From: Promethearchaeia archaeon
GTDB lineage: Archaea > Asgardarchaeota > Lokiarchaeia > Sigyniarchaeales > SOKP01
Reading direction: 5' to 3'
Length of the DNA: 64,000 bases
Assembly (NCBI GenBank): GCA_029856125.1
Contig: JAHQWJ010000138.1
Location: forward strand, 1 to 64,000
Shown: positions 11,385 through 19,411 of the stretch, in pieces
Numbering within the stretch: the stretch's first letter is position 1
Layout: every line of letters begins with the position of its first letter
Program-made: the position numbers and the translations under genes
The notes under the pieces: model-generated
The model's database searches: none
What the model saw: the letters and a program-made list of their open reading frames with translations, nothing else
Told to the model about the DNA's origin: nothing

Positions 11385-12082
11385 AAATTATTCTTTAATC
11401 TAACTTCATTTAATTTAGACTGACATTTTTTACAGAGTTTTACTGATTTACTATCGATCTCTTCTATAATTTTTGAATATCGCATAACACAATCTGTGGT
11501 AAGACAGTGTTCAAGGCCAATAATTAGATGTCCAATTTCGTGAATTACCTCTTTAATTATCCTATTTCTAACTTTTAAGTTATATCCTGAATCTTCATTT
11601 AAGTGAGGAATCAAATTATGAGTAGATACTATAGCACACCGGTGATTAATATTAGATTCTCCAAATAAGAAGAGTAAACTCTTATCGTTACTTGAATAGA
11701 GAGGTAGGTCTGTAAGTCCTAAACCTACATTAAAATTGTGTTCTTTCATCAAATTCTTAATAATATTGTATAATTTATTAGTTGGTTGGAGGATTACCTT
11801 TTTAGAAGCTTGCTTTAACAAATTATTTTCTTCTCTAATCTCACTTTCATACAAAACTGAGGGAATTTTGGTTTCGCCAATAAATAGAATTTCATAAAAA
11901 AATGAGTTGAATATTTTATTAATATAAAAATCTATTTTCGTTAAAATGGATGGTGAAATCTTTCCAATAAAAATAATTCCTAAATAGCTCGGATAAACGT
12001 GTTTTATAGAGGGATATTGATTTGTTGGTAATGATAATTCTTGATTAATAAAAAAATATTTAGTGTTTTGATATTTTGGCAT
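11381..12082 (-). CDS. Archaemetzincin-family zinc metalloprotease
   Basis: KEVIHEIGHLIIGLEHC...CVMRYS....D.K...LCKKC. Confidence 0.82.
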   Translation of the reverse strand: MPKYQNTKYFFINQELSLPTNQYPSIKHVYPSYLGIIFIGKISPSILTKIDFYINKIFNSFFYEILFIGETKIPSVLYESEIREENNLLKQASKKVILQPTNKLYNIIKNLMKEHNFNVGLGLTDLPLYSSNDKSLLFLFGESNINHRCAIVSTHNLIPHLNEDSGYNLKVRNRIIKEVIHEIGHLIIGLEHCLTTDCVMRYSKIIEEIDSKSVKLCKKCQSKLNEVRLKNNF

Positions 12083-12201
12083 AATTTCATTATTTTACAA
12101 TACGTTTATCCAACTTGATAATTCATTATTATTATATATTTAAATTATTAATTATTTTATTAATTTAAATTATTTTTTCAATAAACATAATCATTGAAGC
12201 A

Positions 12202-13269
12202 ATGTCTAATAACCCAAATTCAGTAAAAGTTCGAAAGGACGACCAAGATGAAGAGCAAAAATTTTCAGAAATTGAAGAAGGACAAAAAGGAATTATCAAA
12301 AAGGATATTATTCCACACTTTTTGCCAACGTACCGAATAAAATTCAATTATTATTCAATTCCTATTGTTGTCGTAATAATCTTAGCTTCAATACTAGCGT
12401 ATCTCACCTTCTTTGTTGCAGGAGTTCAAGTAGAAGAAAGTTACTTTCCTGAAGATGATTTGGGGCCTTTAGCTGTTCTATTAAACGGTGTAATTTTTAC
12501 AGTAATTGCGGTTGTATCAGGATTTTTAATTGTATTTTTTATCAAAAAGCTCGGGATGGGTGTCTTAAAGTACCTTTTTGGAATAAGTTTCGGTTTTGTT
12601 AGTTTTTTCATTACCTTAATGTTTTTAGATGTTATTATTTACTTAATTTTCATCCAATTTCCTGAGACTACATTTGTTTATAGACTGTACCTTCTTTTTA
12701 CGAATTTGTATATACCAATTGGAACAGCTATTTCTGTTTTCTTTCTTCTGTATAAATACTTCACTTCAAAATCTATAAAAACTAAAAATTTTATCGTCCT
12801 CTATATCAGTCTTTTGATAAGTGCTTCTATGAGTATTGTTTTACCTTTTTGGAGCACTCTCGCTATTTTGGTTGGGATATCTTTTTGGGATATTTTTGCT
12901 GTCCTCTATAAAAAAGGGCCAATTAAGGAAATGATAGAATTAATATCAGAAAATGACATTAAAGACGAGATGGAAGAAGCAGAACTGAAAGAGAAAATTG
13001 AAAGTGGTAATGCTATTTATGATACAACTAATTTAGAAATTGGAATTGGAGATTTAGCTTTTTATGGTTTACTTACTTCCAGTGTACTATTATTTACGAA
13101 TAATATTATAATTGCAGCTTTAACTACAGTAGCAATCGTAATTGGAACAGGAATTACTATCTCGAGATTGAAAAAGAATAGGATTTTACCAGGACTTCCG
13201 ATTTCCATATTTTTAGGAATTGGCACTTTTTTACTATCTCAATTAATAGTAACAATCTTTTTTATATGA
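12202..13269 (+). CDS. Presenilin-family GxGD intramembrane aspartyl protease
   Basis: About 9 TM segments; catalytic motifs FWDIFAV...GP, GIGDLAFY, and PAL-like LPGLPISI. Confidence 0.88.
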   Translation: MSNNPNSVKVRKDDQDEEQKFSEIEEGQKGIIKKDIIPHFLPTYRIKFNYYSIPIVVVIILASILAYLTFFVAGVQVEESYFPEDDLGPLAVLLNGVIFTVIAVVSGFLIVFFIKKLGMGVLKYLFGISFGFVSFFITLMFLDVIIYLIFIQFPETTFVYRLYLLFTNLYIPIGTAISVFFLLYKYFTSKSIKTKNFIVLYISLLISASMSIVLPFWSTLAILVGISFWDIFAVLYKKGPIKEMIELISENDIKDEMEEAELKEKIESGNAIYDTTNLEIGIGDLAFYGLLTSSVLLFTNNIIIAALTTVAIVIGTGITISRLKKNRILPGLPISIFLGIGTFLLSQLIVTIFFI

Positions 13270-13345
13270 GTTGTGATTTCTTATCATAAACCTATATAAA
13301 ATTCATTTATCTCATTATTTTCCAATCATAGAGGTGTAATAAGTT

Positions 13346-14536
13346 ATAGTAGATATAAGTAAGGTTAAAACGATTTCAATTATCGGAGCCGGAACAATGG
13401 GTAGGGAAATCGCTCAAGTTGCTCTAATGTCAAATATATTTAATAAAGTTTACATAAACGATACTAACGACAACGCTTTAAAAAATGCTAAAACCTATAT
13501 ACTAAATGGCCTTAACAAGTTGGAATCCAAGGGTTTATTAGCGCAGGGGTTAACAACGAATGAATTAATTAAAAAATTAATTCTCGAAAAAAATTTAATA
13601 TCCTCAATTAAAGACGCAGATATTGTTGTTGAAGCAATACCCGAGATAATGGAATTAAAACAAGAACTGTTCGAAGAATTAGGCCAATACGCTCCAGAGC
13701 ACGCTTTATTAGCGACAAACACATCGACTATGAGCATTACCAAAATCGCAGAGGCATCAAAAAGACCTGAACGAGTAGTTGGAATGCATTTTTTTACTCC
13801 TATTCCTTTGCTCAGGCTAATTGAATTGATAAAAGGAGAAAAAACATCACAAGAAGCTTTTGATTTAGGTGTAGCAATCGGTCAAAGGTTACCCGCAATC
13901 AAGGGTAAAAGATATATCGCAAAGATAGAAAAAGAAAGTCCAGGATTCATAGTAAATCGCCTAACTATTACGGCCAATCTCTTATTTAATTGGATTTTAG
14001 ATATGGCTACTGAAAAAGAGATTCTCTACGAGAAAATCGATAACGATTTCGTGGCTCCTCCTGAATTAGGTCCATTTGCTAAGTGGGATTATTTAGGTTT
14101 AGATGTTGTTTGCGATGTAATGAATTATTTTGTCAAAGAAATATCTCCTGAATTTGCTCCCGGTAAAACGCTTACAAACCTTCTAAAAGAAGGTAATTTG
14201 GGAAGAAAATCGGGTGAAGGTATTTATGAGTGGGTTGAAGGAAAACCTAATCGTAAAACTAATGAAAAAGCAGGCTTATTCAACCCAGAACATTATTTGG
14301 CAATTCAATTAAACGAAGGATGTAGGTTATTAGAGGAAAAAATTGTTTCTGGATATAAAATAATTGATGATACAATGTTAGCAGGAATGGATATGCCAGG
14401 ACCATTTGGGGCTGGGAAAAATAATTACGAAAAATGGTCATTAATGCTAGAAGACCTCGCTGAAACAACCCAAATAAATTATTTTAAACCGTGTGACATG
14501 ATGAAATCTGGAGCTTTTCTTAAACTTAGAAAGTAA
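13346..14536 (+). CDS. 3-hydroxyacyl-CoA dehydrogenase (probable ATA start at 13346)
   Basis: The Rossmann motif IIGAGTMG begins upstream of the first ATG (13397). Other motifs: EAIPE, TNTST, GMHFF, PGFIVNR, LGRKSG. SD-like GAGGTG at 13331-13336. Confidence 0.9.
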   Translation: MVDISKVKTISIIGAGTMGREIAQVALMSNIFNKVYINDTNDNALKNAKTYILNGLNKLESKGLLAQGLTTNELIKKLILEKNLISSIKDADIVVEAIPEIMELKQELFEELGQYAPEHALLATNTSTMSITKIAEASKRPERVVGMHFFTPIPLLRLIELIKGEKTSQEAFDLGVAIGQRLPAIKGKRYIAKIEKESPGFIVNRLTITANLLFNWILDMATEKEILYEKIDNDFVAPPELGPFAKWDYLGLDVVCDVMNYFVKEISPEFAPGKTLTNLLKEGNLGRKSGEGIYEWVEGKPNRKTNEKAGLFNPEHYLAIQLNEGCRLLEEKIVSGYKIIDDTMLAGMDMPGPFGAGKNNYEKWSLMLEDLAETTQINYFKPCDMMKSGAFLKLRK

Positions 14537-14647
14537 TTAATTTGTAATTGAAGTTAGCGGTAGAAACGAAAATAAAACTAAAGTATGAAAATTAAATATC
14601 CTAAATCTTTATTTGAAGTATATAAAAATTAAATTTAATTCTATATT

Positions 14648-14938
14648 TTGAGCGAGAAAAATACAACCCCTAAAACGGGATTTGATAAAATATTAGATTT
14701 CTTTAACAATAATCTCGCAGTTAATCATCCCATCGCAATCGCAGAAGTTGTTGAGCGAACTGGATTTTCTTGGAGTTTTGTGAAAAAGACCTTAGCTAAG
14801 ATAAAAGACGATTACGATGGATTTTACTTCGAAAAATCGGGGAGTACGTGGATTATATGGAAAGACCGAAACCATATAATTAAGAAATTAGATGAAACAT
14901 GTTCTCGATTTTTAGTAGATGATGAAGAGGAATGCTAA
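14648..14938 (+). CDS. Small winged-helix/HTH protein
   Basis: IAIAEVVERTGFSWSFVKKTL HTH-like pattern followed by a beta-hairpin. Confidence 0.6.
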   Translation: MSEKNTTPKTGFDKILDFFNNNLAVNHPIAIAEVVERTGFSWSFVKKTLAKIKDDYDGFYFEKSGSTWIIWKDRNHIIKKLDETCSRFLVDDEEEC

Positions 14939-14946
14939 AATCTAAG

Positions 14947-16056
14947 TCATATTTTAGATTTCGCGAGCTTTCTAAACTTTTTCCCCGACAAGTATAAAAT
15001 ACAGCAACCAGAACAGACTGGGAGGAGGTTATATTGACTAAAATAACTTCGAAATTTCTGAAATTTATCTCCATTCCAGATATCGCAAATTTTTTTCTCG
15101 TTTAAATTTCCTAGAACAAGATCGTAAAAAATGTGACATGGTGCGACATCACCTGAAGCTGTTATATCAATCGAAGTCAAAGGACTTAAACAGGTTTTAT
15201 AAATATCCGTCATTTCTTCCCATTTTGCCCCTAAATATGCTTTAATATTAACTTGTGAAAATGTTGGTGGTAGAAGTAAATAATTCTTATGCATAGAGCA
15301 TAATTTCGCAATGACTCTCTTAACTTGGCGGGATAATTCTTCCGTATCTATATTTGCAAAATCTTCGGGCGATCGGACCATGGCTTTCCAATACTTATCA
15401 GAACTAATTCCAAACTCAGACTTTAGGAATTTTGCATAAGATTTACCCATACTTTCAGTTAAAAAGTTCTGCATCTGAATTGTAACCCAATCTATTTTGT
15501 TGAGGTCGAGATCCTCAAGAAATAACTTCTCAAGTGAGGTGTAATTGTCATTTGTTATCGTGTATATTAAACTGATAGTTGGTTTTTTTTTCCCCGCTTT
15601 TTCTCTTTCATTGTACAGCGTTTCTATACCTTTAATGGCTTTAGCATAACTTCCCTTTCCTCGCTGGATATCGTTAACATCTTGTGGGCCATCTAGTGAA
15701 ACTCTTATTGAATCGAATCCAGTCCGCACTAACATTGAAGCATTTTTAGCTAAGAGTGTTCCATTAGTAGGTGTGTCAACAATTGAGCCCGTCTTTTTGA
15801 TCCTAATTATTAATTCTTCTAAGAACGGATATGTTAAAGGTTCTCCACCAAATAAACTATAAAAGGGCGTTACAGAACTTAATTCTGATATTATCTTTTT
15901 TGCTAATTCGAAATCCATAACAGCGGGTTTCTTTCCTGACAAATTATTGGAAGATGTGCCCGTTTCTCCCCAAAAATAGCACATCTTACATCTTAGATTA
16001 CAGTTCTCGGTTAAGTGGAGCGTTACATTGCGTGGTAAAGAAGAATCTTTAAGCAT
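14947..16056 (-). CDS. Radical SAM protein with SPASM/Twitch domain
   Basis: CNLRCKMC, FGGEPL, TNGTLL, VSLDG; C-terminal C...VAPC...LGNL...IW...CSGC. Confidence 0.9.
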   Translation of the reverse strand: MLKDSSLPRNVTLHLTENCNLRCKMCYFWGETGTSSNNLSGKKPAVMDFELAKKIISELSSVTPFYSLFGGEPLTYPFLEELIIRIKKTGSIVDTPTNGTLLAKNASMLVRTGFDSIRVSLDGPQDVNDIQRGKGSYAKAIKGIETLYNEREKAGKKKPTISLIYTITNDNYTSLEKLFLEDLDLNKIDWVTIQMQNFLTESMGKSYAKFLKSEFGISSDKYWKAMVRSPEDFANIDTEELSRQVKRVIAKLCSMHKNYLLLPPTFSQVNIKAYLGAKWEEMTDIYKTCLSPLTSIDITASGDVAPCHIFYDLVLGNLNEKKICDIWNGDKFQKFRSYFSQYNLLPVCSGCCILYLSGKKFRKLAKSKI

Positions 16057-16151
16057 AGAAAACTAAATAAATAATTCTATAAAGTGTTTTAACTGGTAAA
16101 AGCATGTGTATAATTTAAATAAATATGTTTAATCTCATAAGGCTCTAAAGA

Positions 16152-16544
16152 CTAATCTACAATGTTACTAAGTGATTTTGGTGGGTTAGCCGAAAAATAT
16201 ATCTGAATAGAAGGAATATCGAGCTTACTTAAAGCAGCAGCATTTTTACACGATGCTACTAAGATGCCATCCTGATTGATTTGTTGTATTAAGATTAATC
16301 CATTACTACAATCAACCATAATTCGTTTTAAATTGCTCTCCGTTATCTCACTAGTAAGTTCTTGACCTATATATTTCAGAGCCGTACACATTCCGGATAC
16401 AAGAGTTTGATCGGTAAATCCAGTAATAGACGATGCGAGAGCAATTGGTAATCCTTCATTATTCACAACAATGAGATCGTTTATTTCATCATTTTCACTA
16501 CACAAATATTCTAAATATTCTGCTAAATCAGAATTCATGAACAT
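16152..16544 (-). CDS. Roadblock/LC7 domain protein
   Basis: IVVNNEGLPIA..., helix-strand pattern and size typical of roadblock proteins. Confidence 0.8.
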   Translation of the reverse strand: MFMNSDLAEYLEYLCSENDEINDLIVVNNEGLPIALASSITGFTDQTLVSGMCTALKYIGQELTSEITESNLKRIMVDCSNGLILIQQINQDGILVASCKNAAALSKLDIPSIQIYFSANPPKSLSNIVD

Positions 16545-16843
16545 AACCTTGGTTTTCGCTTAGAATTATTTAACCAGAATATATTAAGAAATTTTGATAT
16601 ATATGTCTTTGTGTTGAGAATGATTTTTAAAAGTGAAGCAGGTTTTCGTCAGATTATGAAATTCAATAGATTAAATATATCAATTATATATAATTCGCCA
16701 CAAATTTTAATGTATTATTCTTGAATGTTCATTATATGGAGAGTGTGAAATTTCGTTTAAGGTTTAAATGTTATGATTTATTTTACTACTCAATAATAAT
16801 TGAATTACTAATAGAATTTTAATCGTATAAGTGGGATTATTGA

Positions 16844-17785
16844 ATGAAGATTGAAAAATCAAGTCAAGATCTTGAAAATGAAGTTATTTATGGAGGATTG
16901 TGCATTCATTGCGGAAGTTGTAACGCTTTCTGTCCACACATGGATTTCAATAAAGAAACTGGGTTAGCATATGTTGTAGATGAGTGTGCTGAGACTGTAG
17001 GTTTGTGTTATAATGCATGTCCCCGCAGTTTTCTACCGATTTCTGAAATCGAGCAAAAAATGTTCGGTCAAACACGCGTTGATTTAGGAGTAGGAGTTTA
17101 TAAAGATATAATCCAGGTAAAATCTAAAAATAAAGATAAAATTCTTTATAATTTAGTCTTAGCTGCTTTCGAATCTGGAGTAACAAAACATTTTGTTTTA
17201 GGAGAACCTAAAAGCCAAAAACCACCTGTGTCCTTTCCTGTGGTTGTTGACAATGCAAACGATGCGAAAAAATATATTCCCGAAAAAACTATGGACCTGG
17301 CCGGTCCTTTGGTTACAGGAATTGGTCAAGCTTACCTAGACCGGAAACGGGATATTGGTATTCTCGGAAACCCTTGCCATCTTCAAGGGCTTGCTAAGAT
17401 ACTAACAAGCGATTTTAACACAGGAGCGGAAAGAACAACTCTAAAAATAGCCTTTGCTTGTTCCTCTGGTGGAATGGCAGGTTGTAAATATTGTACTGAT
17501 TTTTCTGGTGAATTTTCAGATATTTCTTATAGCCCTTGGGGCGCTCCAAAAGGCTCAGAAGAAGCATTTTTAATAATAAGAACGGATATTGGGCAAAAAG
17601 TTGTAGATCATGCGATAAATAAAAAATTGATCGACATAACGAGTAAGGAACCAGACCTTAGCGAGATGAAGAAATTCCTTAATAGGAAAAGAAGGAAAAA
17701 CTTTATAAATTTACTAGGCAAAGATTTAATTACAGCTAAATATCTTCAATTAAATATTGATGAATTTAGAGATATTCTTGAATAA
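16844..17785 (+). CDS. Coenzyme F420 hydrogenase/dehydrogenase beta subunit (FrhB/FdhB-like) with N-terminal ferredoxin
   Basis: CIHCGSCNAFCP, CYNACPR, GNPCH, GCKYCTDFSGEFSDIS, IIRT..G. Confidence 0.8.
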   Translation: MKIEKSSQDLENEVIYGGLCIHCGSCNAFCPHMDFNKETGLAYVVDECAETVGLCYNACPRSFLPISEIEQKMFGQTRVDLGVGVYKDIIQVKSKNKDKILYNLVLAAFESGVTKHFVLGEPKSQKPPVSFPVVVDNANDAKKYIPEKTMDLAGPLVTGIGQAYLDRKRDIGILGNPCHLQGLAKILTSDFNTGAERTTLKIAFACSSGGMAGCKYCTDFSGEFSDISYSPWGAPKGSEEAFLIIRTDIGQKVVDHAINKKLIDITSKEPDLSEMKKFLNRKRRKNFINLLGKDLITAKYLQLNIDEFRDILE

Positions 17786-17799
17786 GAGTTATAAATGAG

Positions 17800-18342
17800 T
17801 TAAATTAACTCTCTTTTTTTTAACATTGCGTCTACTAAAGTTTCAAAAACATTAGCATTATTATCTCCAGTTTTAGAGCTAGTTTCTATCAGAAAAGGTA
17901 TATTGTGTTCTTTTTTGAATTCTTCTGCTTCTTCTTTTTGAACCGTCCTTCTAGAGTCTGAAAGATCGACTTTTCCTCCAACCATAAGGAAAATTGTATC
18001 ATTCGTATTCTCTTTTACGATATCATACCATTCTTGAAGATTCTGAAAGCTAGTATATCTCGAAATGTCGTAACAAAGTAAACAACCTTGGGCTCCTCTT
18101 GAATAGTTCGGTAAGAAGAATCGGAATCTTTTTTCCCCAGCAAAATCCCATATTTGAAGTTTTACATCCATATCGTCTCTCTCTGTGCTCCAGGTCAATA
18201 GATCTGTCCCAATAGTCAAACGCATTGGCACGAAATGGCCAGTAATCAATCTCTGTATCATAGTACTCTTTCCAACACCACCATCACCTACTACAAGGAT
18301 TTTAAATAAAAACTGGCGTTTTTGATCTGATTGTTGCGACAT
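17800..18342 (-). CDS. Ras-superfamily (Rab-like) small GTPase
   Basis: G1 GDGGVGKS, G2 TIG, G3 WDFAGE, G4 GGKVD, G5 ETSSK. Confidence 0.92.
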   Translation of the reverse strand: MSQQSDQKRQFLFKILVVGDGGVGKSTMIQRLITGHFVPMRLTIGTDLLTWSTERDDMDVKLQIWDFAGEKRFRFFLPNYSRGAQGCLLCYDISRYTSFQNLQEWYDIVKENTNDTIFLMVGGKVDLSDSRRTVQKEEAEEFKKEHNIPFLIETSSKTGDNNANVFETLVDAMLKKRELI

Positions 18343-18423
18343 TTTTAAGAAATTTACTGTAATTTGTTTGAGATAGATTGTATTAATAATATGTTTTTTT
18401 TTTAAAAACTTTTATTCAATATT

Positions 18424-19293
18424 TTATTCACTACTGAAATCTCTATAGTATTTGTGATTTATATTTTTTAATGTTTCAATAATATTGTTTTGCTTGCTTT
18501 CTGGCAATAGTTGGAGCTTTTCTATTAATTCAGAGGGATTTATGCTCGAAATATTTTTATAAATAAGGTAAAAAAGTAGGATAGCCACCAGTGGAGAAAT
18601 TACTACAATTAGAAGTGAACTTAGTGAGATTTTCAAGGGTAATGAACTTTCGATTCCAGTCCCTGGAAGGATGTACATAATTCCAAGAAAGCCATTAATT
18701 TCAGTTAGGGTTACTATTACTATGTTTAAAATATTTAAAAGGACAAATGTACCTAGGTTTATTAGGTAAATTAGCTTAAAATTTTTAAGATCTAGTTTAT
18801 TTACTAATATCTCCGAATTTATTTCAATATTGCTTTTGGTTTCAATTGTTATTTTAGAATATTTCCAAATGTCAATTAAGACCCAATAAAATCCAAATGT
18901 GTAAATGAAATTAAATATAATATTAAAAAAAACCCCATAAGTCTGAATGAGTTGGGGATGATAATATGATTCAGCCCCAATCCAAAAAAGTAATATCAAT
19001 TGTAATACCGTAGTAAAAATCAATCTATTAGCATGTTTTCTTTCTAATCCAAGAGGATTGTATGTGATTGCGTTATCAAAAATTGATAATCTCCATTTAT
19101 TAGCATTAATTAATCGAAAAAATAGAGAAAAAGTGTATGTTATTAACGGAAAAAGCAATAAAAAGATGTTTTTCCAAGACTGAGCCAAAATAAAGAGGTA
19201 AAATATCACAAAAATAATCAAATCGCGGAGTAAAGACTCATTTAGTAATTCTCTTAAAAGCAAAAACTCTTGCTTAGTATTCTTTTCTCTCAT
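18424..19293 (-). CDS. Hypothetical multi-pass membrane protein
   Basis: About 6 hydrophobic segments. Confidence 0.65.
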   Translation of the reverse strand: MREKNTKQEFLLLRELLNESLLRDLIIFVIFYLFILAQSWKNIFLLLFPLITYTFSLFFRLINANKWRLSIFDNAITYNPLGLERKHANRLIFTTVLQLILLFWIGAESYYHPQLIQTYGVFFNIIFNFIYTFGFYWVLIDIWKYSKITIETKSNIEINSEILVNKLDLKNFKLIYLINLGTFVLLNILNIVIVTLTEINGFLGIMYILPGTGIESSLPLKISLSSLLIVVISPLVAILLFYLIYKNISSINPSELIEKLQLLPESKQNNIIETLKNINHKYYRDFSSE

Positions 19294-19333
19294 TTTTTTA
19301 TAAAATTAAGCATTAATAAATAAACTTATATGG

Positions 19334-19371
19334 TCTTTACAAATATTAACTCTTTACAAATATTAACTCTT
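19334..19371. repeat. Tandem direct repeat, 2 x 17 bp (TCTTTACAAATATTAAC), in a divergent intergenic region
   Basis: Exact copies at 19334-19350 and 19351-19367, followed by a partial TCTT. Confidence 0.85.
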
Positions 19372-19411
19372 ACTTCAAATTAAGAATACAAGATAACCAA
19401 CGAATAATATT

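Noticed and set aside
16844-17785. Selenocysteine/UGA recoding in the FrhB-like gene or elsewhere
   Set aside because: No in-frame TGA interrupts a recognisable protein in the window; TGA-terminated genes end at plausible C-termini.
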